Part shown: in pieces, positions 9,117 through 17,800 of the stretch | How the letters are laid out: every line of letters begins with the position of its first letter | Position numbering within the stretch: position 1 is the first letter of the stretch | IMG/VR virus record: IMGVR_UViG_3300032397_000018 | Span: 1 to 51,890 of that record | Strand: one strand, 5' to 3' | Source: a virus | Taxonomy: Duplodnaviria; Caudoviricetes | Length of the DNA stretch: 51,890 nucleotides | The notes under the pieces: generated by a model | What the model saw: only the letters and a program-made list of their open reading frames with translations | What the model was told of the DNA's origin: nothing | Databases searched by the model: none | Translations under genes and position numbers: made by a program

Positions 9117-9712
9117 GCCTTTGCACGCTTCAAGAGATCAAGGATTGGCTCAAAGTCACTGACAGCAGTCAAGACGCGATCTTGACGACTGTTCAATTGT
9201 CTGTGGAGCAATCCATCAAAAACTACTGTGAAACGGATTTCTCTGCGCGAGAGATCACCAATGAGGTGCTTGATGGTGCGGGAAACGATGTCATCGTGCC
9301 ACGATATTGGCCAATCCTTGTCGTAGACGAGCTGCGCTTTTATATAAAATTGAACAGCACAGCAGGGAGCGTGGTTAGTTCCGAGGATTACCAAGTGGGA
9401 GAGACTGCCATTTACCTGGGTAATGGCCTACTCACGCCCAAAGGACGCGGTATTGTCGGTCTGGCTTACCATGCTGGTTATGCCGCAGTTCCTGCTGACA
9501 TCCAACTGGCTGTGCAAATGGGTGTCGAGGCTTACATGGCACGTAGACAACGTAAGAGCATTGGCGTGTCCAGTCGAGGCAAGGAAGGCGAGAGCGAGTC
9601 ATTTACCTCTGCGTGGGATAAGAAGTCTGGTTTGCCTCTTGAAGTGGTCTCAATGCTTGGCGCGTATCGTCCGATGGAATTCCCGTTGGGTACCGCCACG
9701 CGAGGACAATGA
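9113..9712 (+). CDS. Head-tail connector (gp6/gp15-like adaptor)
   Basis: LCTLQEIKDWLK, IKNYC, WPI, YHAGYAAVPADIQLAV motifs. Confidence 0.85.
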   Translation: MSLCTLQEIKDWLKVTDSSQDAILTTVQLSVEQSIKNYCETDFSAREITNEVLDGAGNDVIVPRYWPILVVDELRFYIKLNSTAGSVVSSEDYQVGETAIYLGNGLLTPKGRGIVGLAYHAGYAAVPADIQLAVQMGVEAYMARRQRKSIGVSSRGKEGESESFTSAWDKKSGLPLEVVSMLGAYRPMEFPLGTATRGQ

Positions 9713-10524
9713 TGCCAACATTGCGTGACATCAGCGAGATGAGTGCCTGGGTCCGTCAGATCCCTGACCGGATCGAGAAAGGTGCTGCTAAAGGCGTGAT
9801 CAAAGCCACGACAGAAGCTGAACGCATATCTAAGCAGATGGCCAGGATACAGTTCACCGGTCGCCGTGGTTATCGTAAAACCGGCAATCTCATGAATGCG
9901 ATCAAGGCGCAATATGAGATGGGCCAGCCAAACGCCAGTATCCATGGCAGGCCATTGCTGCAGGGTTACATCGTCGTCCGTGGGCAGAAAGGCAAGTACC
10001 CTGGCACCAAACCCTATGGTCGTGTCCACGAGTTTGGCAAGCCTTCTCAGACCGATCCTGAACCGATTAGACCTCGTAGGGCTAAGCACTTATGGGTGAA
10101 AAACTGGGAAGGAGATGCCAGGAAATTCAAGGATCTGACACCGACTGATTTTTTCAATCGCATGAAACAAGATCCGAGCAGTTATCGTTTGATTTATCCT
10201 AATCCAAAGATCAATAAGCAAAAGATTCCAATAGCTTGGTTCTTTGGAGAAATCAAAAAGCAGGCGAAATCAAGACGAAGCGCAACGGCCAAAACACGTA
10301 AATCCCGGATCGGAGCGGTAAAACCACATGGAAAAAATAAACGGTATGAAGGAAAGGCGGGCCCAAAAATAAAAGGTCCCCGCTGGATCCCGCTCTTTTT
10401 CTTGCGCAAGTCAGTCAAAATACCTGAGCGTCCATTTGTGCGACCAGCGGTCATGGCCGTGGTTGGCCCTAACATGAGAAGGTTTTGGTCCATTATCCAT
10501 TCTTCCATCGAACAGGAGCCCTAG
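9709..10524 (+). CDS. Neck/tail completion protein (HK97 gp10-like) with basic insertion
   Basis: KTGNLMNAI, YGRVHEFG and IPERPFVRPA motifs. Confidence 0.75.
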   Translation: MMPTLRDISEMSAWVRQIPDRIEKGAAKGVIKATTEAERISKQMARIQFTGRRGYRKTGNLMNAIKAQYEMGQPNASIHGRPLLQGYIVVRGQKGKYPGTKPYGRVHEFGKPSQTDPEPIRPRRAKHLWVKNWEGDARKFKDLTPTDFFNRMKQDPSSYRLIYPNPKINKQKIPIAWFFGEIKKQAKSRRSATAKTRKSRIGAVKPHGKNKRYEGKAGPKIKGPRWIPLFFLRKSVKIPERPFVRPAVMAVVGPNMRRFWSIIHSSIEQEP

Positions 10525-10989
10525 ATGGCCTGTAAACGCGCCGAAATACTGACAGCCCTTGCAGCTCGCCTAGCCACGGTAACGACGGATAACGGGTACA
10601 CTCTGAGCGTTAAGAAGGTATATGCCGATGATATCCCGTTGGGACTTGAATTGGCAGACCATGAGGTTCCTGCGATCCTGTTGCTCGACAAAGAATGTCG
10701 GCTCAATCACGAGTTCCAGGACTTGGATGCCGAATGGTTCCTGGAGCTGCAATTGATCCATGGGCAGGTGAATGATAGCGTGATGCTTGATTTCACTCGT
10801 CAGGTCTTGAAAGCTCTTTTTGTCGATCATCCGACAGCGGAAGGGAATTTGGGAATTAGGACACTCCATCCACTCGTGTACGATATCCATGCATTGTCTG
10901 CTTTCGGGGATTTGAATACCATCGAGGGTAATCGGTTCGCTATACTGGAGATCACGATCATGTTCAAATCAAAGACGTGGGATTTTTAA
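10525..10989 (+). CDS. Tail terminator-like protein
   Basis: KRAEILTALAARLATVTTDNGY N-terminus; size and position. Confidence 0.7.
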   Translation: MACKRAEILTALAARLATVTTDNGYTLSVKKVYADDIPLGLELADHEVPAILLLDKECRLNHEFQDLDAEWFLELQLIHGQVNDSVMLDFTRQVLKALFVDHPTAEGNLGIRTLHPLVYDIHALSAFGDLNTIEGNRFAILEITIMFKSKTWDF

Positions 10990-11010
10990 TTTTTTGGAAG
11001 GGAGCACCGT

Positions 11011-11391
11011 ATGAAGTCGTTTTTTTTCACTGTTATTTTTGCCGTCAGCACCTTGGCTTTCGATGCCAATGCGCAGGTGTTCTTTTCTAACACTCGCGTT
11101 GGATCAGTTGTTCAGACTCACACGACCGTGGACACATCGACGACTCTCGCCATTTCCTCGTCGTCTGTAGCGGCCAATCTGTTGGCGTGGAAGTTGTGCA
11201 ATGACGCAGTGAATACTTCCACCCATCTGTACGTGGGAAAAGCCACAGACGTGGCGACTGACGGCGTACAACTTGGCAAGGGCCAATGTTTCGATTGCCC
11301 GAATTGTACCGGAGCCACGCTAAAACTGATCAAGGTCAAGGGACAAGCGGCAACCAACGGTTATTCGATCATCCAATATAAGCAGCAATAA
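11011..11391 (+). CDS. Signal-peptide-bearing small beta-sandwich protein (paralog A)
   Basis: MKSFFFTVIFAVSTLAFDANA/Q signal peptide with AxA site; C-terminal ~70 aa paralogous to the next gene. Confidence 0.75.
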   Translation: MKSFFFTVIFAVSTLAFDANAQVFFSNTRVGSVVQTHTTVDTSTTLAISSSSVAANLLAWKLCNDAVNTSTHLYVGKATDVATDGVQLGKGQCFDCPNCTGATLKLIKVKGQAATNGYSIIQYKQQ

Positions 11392-11413
11392 CGACACGTA
11401 CCTGGAGGAATAA

Positions 11414-12157
11414 ATGATGAAATTGTTTACGTCTGTTTTGGCCATTGGGATCTTTGTTTTTAGTGGATTGGCGCACAGCCAGACCGTCATGCCTGGGACC
11501 AGGATAACCTCACAATCGTTTACAGCAGGCACGGCGGCTCCGACTGCGTATGAACAATTCGTTCAGACAGCTGGAGCTGATACCTCTAAATCCCTGCAAA
11601 ATAAGTACATTACGTTCTGTTTGCCGAATCTAGGGACGTGTTATGCGCCTTGGCTTAACGTGAACAGTGAAGGCGTGGCTCCGACTGTTGTTGGGCACAC
11701 ATTGATCGAAGTCGCTATCGCTACGGATGCGCTTGCTGGAGCTGTTGGAGACGCCTTGCAAGTCGCTATAGACGGCGTAACTGGCGTGACTTGCACCGAC
11801 AATAACGCGGGAGTGGTCACGTGCATTATGGATGCGAAAGGGCCAGCGACCAATGCTGCCGCTGGAAACACTGGGTGGGCAGCTCCGACTGTGACTCAGG
11901 GATTGCTCTCGACATATGCGATCTCTGCCGGTTCGATCCTGACTAATGTCATGGGATGGCGCATCTGTAATGCTTCTGCGAATGCCAGTACGTGGCTCGC
12001 TGTTGGTAAGAGCACTGATCCTGAGACTGACGGTGTGCGGATTGCTCAGGGTGTCTGTCTTGATTGTCCTAGTTGTTCCCGCGACACGCTTGGTCTGACC
12101 AAAGTCAGTTCACAGGCCGGCAGCAACGCTTATACCGTGATCCAGTTCAAGCAATAA
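11414..12157 (+). CDS. Signal-peptide-bearing beta-sandwich protein with inserted domain (paralog B)
   Basis: MMKLFTSVLAIGIFVFSGLAHS/Q signal peptide; GGAGG RBS; shared WxxCN...VGK.TD..TDGV....G.C.DCP.C...IQxKQ. Confidence 0.75.
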   Translation: MMKLFTSVLAIGIFVFSGLAHSQTVMPGTRITSQSFTAGTAAPTAYEQFVQTAGADTSKSLQNKYITFCLPNLGTCYAPWLNVNSEGVAPTVVGHTLIEVAIATDALAGAVGDALQVAIDGVTGVTCTDNNAGVVTCIMDAKGPATNAAAGNTGWAAPTVTQGLLSTYAISAGSILTNVMGWRICNASANASTWLAVGKSTDPETDGVRIAQGVCLDCPSCSRDTLGLTKVSSQAGSNAYTVIQFKQ

Positions 12158-12190
12158 CATACGCGCCAAGGCGCATATAGGAGACAGCAC

Positions 12191-13786
12191 ATGGCCAAGC
12201 GCCGATCCAGAGTCGATTTCAAAGCCATTTATGAAGGCGATAAGCAGGGCTATAACGTTGGCCTCGACTGCTCGCTTTTTCTTCGCAAAGAAGTCACTGC
12301 GCGTGTGTTTCAGGTCCCTCGCGTAGGGACAGCAGGAACGAGTACCAGTGCCTCGACACCAAGCACCGATATTTCCGCAGGAACCGACACATCGTTTAAA
12401 ATCGTCGTGGACAGCATGACTGTGGCTGTGACTGTGACGTTGGTTGTGACTGGTCTTACCTCTGGAGCGTTGATTGCTGCTGCCCTTGAGACCAAGATCA
12501 ATGACGCATTGATCGCAGCCAGTCGTGATGAGCGTGTGACCGTGACGTATGGGACCACGTATGTGATCACCAGCCAAGGCAGTGGGACATCCAGCAAGGT
12601 GGTCGTGACCGATGCCACGTCTAATAATGTGGCTGACGATCTCAAGATAGGCGTGGCCAATCTGGGCGTCGAAACGGTAGGAACCAACGATCAAGATTTC
12701 TTGCTCCATACCACGGGTGGCGCGTCGTTCAATCAACCGATCGAAAGCAACGCTCACCGCAGTGGACGGTTCCATAGTGGCGTCATCAAGCAGAAAAAAG
12801 TTGCTGAATTTGACTTTGACACCTACATCAATATGTCGGGTTCTGCTGGATCCAGCCTTGATACGCCAGTCAAATTGTTGTGGCAGCAGCTTCTGGGAAC
12901 CGAAGAATTGCCAGGAACGACAATCGTCTACAAACAAGGACTGCCCAATTTCACGTTCTCCCTGGTTCGTGTCAGCACGATCTTTGCTGAATATTACACG
13001 GGAGGCTACGTGCGCTCAGGCACGCTCACAGCAGACGGTGCTGCGCCAGCGACGATGAAATGGGCAGGCAAGGCCAGTAAGGCGGTCGTGGCGGGGATCA
13101 GCAAGATCTCTACACCAGTTAGCGGTGTGGCTCTTATCCCATTGACGAGCGGCGAAGAATTGCGCTTCGAGGCTGGCGCTCCTGTTATGACGCTCAATGC
13201 GGATGGCCGTACTATTCTCGATGGTTTCGATGGATCTTTGACTGTGTTGAGCAGAGATGAGACTGGACACACGATCACGTTGTCGTCTGTCGTGACCATC
13301 CCTGCCAGTGGGTTTGTCGTGTACTGGCATCCTGGCGCTTTGGGTACCACGGCGAAAAACGCGATCTTTACGGATCTCGTTGGTTCATTCAAGTTGCGTT
13401 CGGCGGGATCTGCTGTGGACACCAGTAATTTGTCGTTGGAAATTGCCAATGATCATAACGACCTGGACACTTATTTCGGCAAAGATGCGAATGCCGGGTT
13501 TGTGGCTGGCAATCGTTGCACGATGAAACTGAGTGTGACTGCTGATTTGAGCAACGAGAACTTTGGTGAGATTGTGAAGTTGCGTGACTTCAGCGGTCTC
13601 GATCCCGTGTTCCTCTTGGGGGATCCGACAACTGGTCGTGCAATGCGAATCAGTGCGACCAAATGGATTCCATCAGTACCGACGATTGAAGTCCCTGAGA
13701 ACGGGACAACGCCTGTCACGCTGGAGGGAAACCTTTTTGAGTCCACTCCTGGAGCAAAAGATCCTGTCGTGGTATCGTTTGAATAA
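12191..13786 (+). CDS. Major tail tube protein with two inserted domains
   Basis: AGGAG RBS; followed by a terminator, chaperone and tape measure gene; tube-like core interrupted by Thr/Val-rich insertions. Confidence 0.75.
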   Translation: MAKRRSRVDFKAIYEGDKQGYNVGLDCSLFLRKEVTARVFQVPRVGTAGTSTSASTPSTDISAGTDTSFKIVVDSMTVAVTVTLVVTGLTSGALIAAALETKINDALIAASRDERVTVTYGTTYVITSQGSGTSSKVVVTDATSNNVADDLKIGVANLGVETVGTNDQDFLLHTTGGASFNQPIESNAHRSGRFHSGVIKQKKVAEFDFDTYINMSGSAGSSLDTPVKLLWQQLLGTEELPGTTIVYKQGLPNFTFSLVRVSTIFAEYYTGGYVRSGTLTADGAAPATMKWAGKASKAVVAGISKISTPVSGVALIPLTSGEELRFEAGAPVMTLNADGRTILDGFDGSLTVLSRDETGHTITLSSVVTIPASGFVVYWHPGALGTTAKNAIFTDLVGSFKLRSAGSAVDTSNLSLEIANDHNDLDTYFGKDANAGFVAGNRCTMKLSVTADLSNENFGEIVKLRDFSGLDPVFLLGDPTTGRAMRISATKWIPSVPTIEVPENGTTPVTLEGNLFESTPGAKDPVVVSFE

Positions 13787-13823
13787 CCCCTGACAGGTTG
13801 AGCATCACTTTCTCCTTTAGAAG

Positions 13824-13854
13824 CCTCATCAAAATTTTTGATGAGGTTTTTTTT
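13824..13854 (+). terminator. Rho-independent terminator
   Basis: CCTCATCAAAA-T-TTTTGATGAGG inverted repeat followed by T8. Confidence 0.85.
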
Positions 13855-13907
13855 ATTTGTGTGGTACGTTTTTGCTGACACGATTTACCACAAATAGGGA
13901 TAAAACG

Positions 13908-14396
13908 ATGGCAATCAAGGGAAATCAAATAGGGAATCGACATAATGCCGTGTGCATGATTTCAAAGATTGATGACGCGATTGACTGGCAAGTAAGCGAT
14001 GCTGATGCCTATGCCAAAACACTGGATGAGAAGTATCTCATCTTGCTTTCTGGGAAAGAGCCCACTCGATTTCTCTGCAATTTTGATCTGGATGCGAAAA
14101 GCAACAGCGAGATTGAAGATGCCATGATTGCTGGCGTAACAGAGAATGGAACGATGAAGCCTGGGATCGGATCGTATAATCTGGCCGTAGTGCGCCACGT
14201 CCTGAAGGATATCAAAAACCCTGTCAGTTTGCCCGTGGAGGAACACCTGCTTTTTAAGCGCACAGCTGATGGCAAAGTATCGGACGAAACGCTTGACCAG
14301 CTTGCTCGATTGGGAATAATCACAGAAATTTCTGCTGCTTTCTCAAGCATGACCAAAGGCAGCGTGTTGCGTGATCGTCAATCCGCAAAAAACTAA
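13908..14396 (+). CDS. Tail assembly chaperone (gpG-like)
   Basis: Between tube and tape measure genes; ends GCA AAA AAC TAA, containing slippery heptamer A AAA AAC. Confidence 0.8.
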   Translation: MAIKGNQIGNRHNAVCMISKIDDAIDWQVSDADAYAKTLDEKYLILLSGKEPTRFLCNFDLDAKSNSEIEDAMIAGVTENGTMKPGIGSYNLAVVRHVLKDIKNPVSLPVEEHLLFKRTADGKVSDETLDQLARLGIITEISAAFSSMTKGSVLRDRQSAKN

Positions 14397-14836
14397 TTTG
14401 CGCTCTGGTTGATCTTTCTTTTGCGAATCGCAGAGCGCTCAAAAATTTCACCTGTGCCAATTGTCCTCCATCCAGGATCGCACAACGCAAATGTGAGGAT
14501 CCTGGTTTTGAAAACATCAAGCGTCCAATTCGAATTGACGAGTCCAGCCTCGACTATCGATTTTGCCCAGGGAAGGCTACAAAATACCCTGAAATTGCCG
14601 AATTATTCATGCAATGCTCTATCGCTCGGTCAACGGGTATAATGCCCAGAGACGGCGGTTTGGATCGACAAGATGCAGTCTTTCCAGACGCCTTGTATGT
14701 GTTCCTGGAGCGATGGACAGCGCGAACTTACGCCATGATATGGCATGATGTTGGTGAATTCACGAGCAAGGTTCTGGCCGCAGTGTTTGGCAAAAAAGGT
14801 GGAAGCTCTACCGGATCTCCACCAATCGAGAGGTAA
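14390..14836 (+). CDS. -1 frameshift extension of the tail chaperone (gpT-like part of the G-T fusion)
   Basis: The -1 frame is open from 14390 (KLICALVDLSF...) through the listed ORF 14609-14836, including MPRDGGLDRQD. Confidence 0.8.
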   Translation, partial: KLICALVDLSFANRRALKNFTCANCPPSRIAQRKCEDPGFENIKRPIRIDESSLDYRFCPGKATKYPEIAELFMQCSIARSTGIMPRDGGLDRQDAVFPDALYVFLERWTARTYAMIWHDVGEFTSKVLAAVFGKKGGSSTGSPPIER

Positions 14837-14839
14837 ACC

Positions 14840-17800
14840 ATGGCAGTTAGTTCTTCCGCTGATTTTTTTGTAACACTAGGCGTGCAAGACAACTTCACTC
14901 CTGCTATGCAACAGGCTGTAAATACTGCCGAACAAGTCGTCAGTTCAATGGGTCGTCTGAGTCTTAATATCATCACCATGAATCAGGCTCTTGAGTTGGC
15001 TCAAAAAGCATGGTCGGCGTTAGGTAAGATCGTCGAAATGGTTGGCATCCATGAATATGCTGAGGCTGAAAAAAACGTACTCAAGCTAAGTTTCGCTCTC
15101 GCCAATCAAGGTCAAGATGTCGAGGCTGGAGTAAAACATTTTGAACACCTTACGAATGAGATTCAGCGCAACAGCACGGCCAGTGAAGACACATTGATGA
15201 AGTTGGCCGCTCAGTCTAAAGCGCTGGGATTAACCACAGACATGACAGACAAACTGTTGCGTGGGAGCGTGGACCTGGCTGCGGTCATGGATACAGACGT
15301 CGATCAAGCTTTTCAGCAGTTGCTGTCATCGTTGGCGGGCAATGCTCGTGGGATAGGCCGGTACATCAAAGCTGTGAGGGACATGACTCCTGAGATGCTC
15401 CAGGCAGGTGGAGCCGTTGAATATGTAGCCAACAAAATGAAAGGGTTCGCGGAGAGAGAAGCCGGAACAATGCTTGGGCGCACAGAGCAAATAAAGAATG
15501 GTTTTAAACAATTAAAACAATCTCTTGGAGAGTTGTCTGTTACAGCATTTACGATCCCTGGCCTAAATGCTGGTCCTAGTCCGATAGCCAAAACTATTTT
15601 TGATATCGTCGAGGAACTGAAAAGTCTGATCCCAGTTGTTGTCGAGGCACGCAACAAAGTTTTGGCTTTTTTTGGCGGTTTGAAAATTGCGTTTATCGAT
15701 GTCGATTGGACAGGAATCTTTGGCTCGTTTACACGGGCTGTTTTGCAAGCTGCCGCTGCTGTTGCGGTCTTTGCCGTGGCGAGTAATTTGAGTCTGATTA
15801 TTGCGTCGATTCCGTTGATCGAGATTGGCTTTGCGCTGATTACAGCTCGCCTATGGGCTATGGCCAAAGCGTTCACGGCAGCCTCTGCTTCGATAGCCGT
15901 TACGGCTGTCAAATTTACTGCAGTTGCACTTGGAGCCGTGACAACGGCCATAGCGATTGATTTGATCATCCGCAATATCGACAAATTGGGAAAACTTTTT
16001 GCTACCTCATTTTTGCACATTATCGGTGGCGCGGTAATTGTCGTGCGTGAGTTGGTAAATCTGATCGGCATGATCCCTGGGATGGGAGGACCAACAGAAG
16101 CGGCTTTGGGAAAAATAGATGGTCTTTTGGAATCCATGGCTGTGTCTGCGGGAGAGTTCAGCGAAGGTCTCGATCTTGGTTTTGCAGGAAAGGTGTTTAC
16201 CGAAGGCCAGAAGTTCATGCGCAATCTGGCTGAAGGCACTGATCTTACAGCAAAAAAGCTGAAAGAAGCAGAAGCTAAAGCAAAAGATTTTGGAGTTGTC
16301 TTAAAAGCGTCAGTAGGCACAGCAGTGAAACTCACTGACGATTTGAAAAAGCAGCTCGATGAGATCCTGAAACGCTACAAAGACAATCAGCAAGCCATTT
16401 CCGAGGCTGGTCTAACCGAAGGGCAGGCCATCATTCTGCGAGCAACTGCTGCTCGTGAAGCGATCGTGCAGTTTGAGCGAGAACTGAAAATCCGTGGCAT
16501 GTTGACTACGGAAATTAAAAATCAACTGGCTGCTGCACGCGAGGCAGAAGGCGTTCGCGGCAATATCGAGTTGGACAAACTGCGTGTCAAAATGATGACC
16601 GAGGCAGTTACCAAAGCCGATGAATTACAGCAGTCTCTCGACAAGCAGCGGATGACTGAGAGAGAACTGGTCGCAGCTGATCTAAAGCGCACAACGGCAG
16701 CAATCGATCTCCAGCGGTTCAATGCTCTGCAAAACGAGACGTGGACTCCTGAAATGGAGCGTGTGTTACAGGGCTCTGCAAAGGCTGCCAAAGAGTTGGC
16801 AGCGATCAAGATGTCCGAACTACCGATGACGATGCGGGATGCCTTTAAAGAGATCTCCAAGGGCTTTAAAGCGGTAGGTACTGGTTCGGTATGGTCTGGA
16901 CTCTGGCAGATGGGAAAAGGAGTTGCTAGCGCGATTGGCACTGCGATCATGATTGCTGCCGATTACGTTGGGGAAGTCTTGGAAGGCGCGTTCTCCGTAG
17001 CCAAGGGATTATTTGGAGGAGGATACGTTGATGTGGTCAGCGACATTATCGATGCTGTCGGCAGCATTCCACAAATGCTCACGACGGCCATGACACGGTT
17101 GGGGAGTGTGATCGATAAAATCGTGTCTCAATTTCCTGTCATGGTGCAACAGCTCGTTGCCGCTTTGCCAGGGATTGTCGATAAGATCGTGGCCGCTTTT
17201 CCGCAACTCATAGCTACTATTGCGGATTCATTACCAAAAATTGCTCAAACCATAGGTCAACAATTTCCGCGAATCATTGCCGCTCTGATGGATGCGATTC
17301 CAAAACTGGTGGAAATGTTGCCGTCAATCATTGCTCCCTTGCTCGATGGATTGGTCAATGCTGTAGGCATTATCATTGACAAATTACCTGCGATCCTGAC
17401 GAGCATTTTCCAGACGTTACCAAAATTAGCTGTCGAGATTTTCCGTGCCATTCCTTCCCTCGTGGCGAATCTCTTGGAAAACATAGATGACGTTATTTTT
17501 GCTTTTGTCGATGGATTGATTGCCTCTGAAGGAGAAATCGTCGGTGGGTTTATCGATCAGTTTTTTATGCAAGGTGGTGCTGAACGCCTTATTGGTTCTA
17601 TCATTCGATCGATTCCAAAAATAGTGTTCGCTCTTGTACGCGGTATCGCATCAGGCTTGAGCAAGGCTTTAAAAGGCATAATGGGTGGAGGTTTTGGCGC
17701 AATCAAGGCACCAGCAGCGTTGATTGATTTGCCCAAAAAATTAGAAGGAGCCTTTAAAAAACTCGGCCAGGTCGTGAGTGCAGATACCAGCAAGTTGTTT

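Noticed and set aside
14409-14642. Listed 77-aa ORF after the tail chaperone
   Set aside because: Wrong frame; the -1 frame joining 14609-14836 explains the region
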